A stretch of DNA of 63,922 nucleotides, the filler included, from Octopus bimaculoides (Eukaryota): NCBI RefSeq assembly GCF_001194135.2. It is 6 parts of 4 records of this genome, joined end to end, with 100 filler letters (N's around TTAATTAATTAA, not from the genome) between each part and the next. Parts side by side here need not be neighbours in the genome. Positions count along the whole stretch, not along the records: positions 62,546 to 63,922 come from NC_068991.1; 5 more parts are not named here. One strand, 5' to 3'. Below are positions 63,890 through 63,922 of the stretch, piece by piece (within the stretch, counting starts at the first letter, position 1; each line of letters starts with the position of its first letter). The position numbers and the translations under genes were made by a program. The notes beneath the pieces are model-generated. The model was not told where the DNA came from. It did not search any database and worked only from the letters and a program-made list of their open reading frames with translations.

Positions 63890-63922
<33 letters not shown>

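Overview
This is eukaryotic, AT-rich, microsatellite-dense DNA with many N gaps. The SINE repertoire and TTAGGG-type repeats suggest an octopod cephalopod (inference). The only host gene I can support is coding exon 1 of a transketolase (TKT) at 30751-30860 (+), with a CpG-rich promoter and a GT donor. I found no downstream TKT exon in the remaining 33 kb. The rest is mostly transposon-derived: several tRNA-derived SINE families, Tx1/L1, R4/Dong-like and RTE LINE relics, a Gypsy LTR plus gag, mariner, DD37D, hAT and pogo relics, and MITEs. Nearly all ORFs in the supplied track are spurious (microsatellites or N runs). Best leads: (1) a five-copy, ~200-bp repeat carrying a type-I hammerhead-like fold with a consistently non-canonical core, plus a separate back-to-back pair of decayed hammerheads near 63.3 kb; (2) two TSD-flanked foldback MITE families carrying telomeric TTAGGG/CCCTAA tracts; (3) trains of retroelements embedded in (AAT)n; (4) long inverted repeats downstream of TKT exon 1. 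Five TTAATTAATTAA motifs centred in 100-nt gaps are assembly linkers, so adjacency across them is unproven. Repeat boundaries are approximate unless a TSD is quoted.
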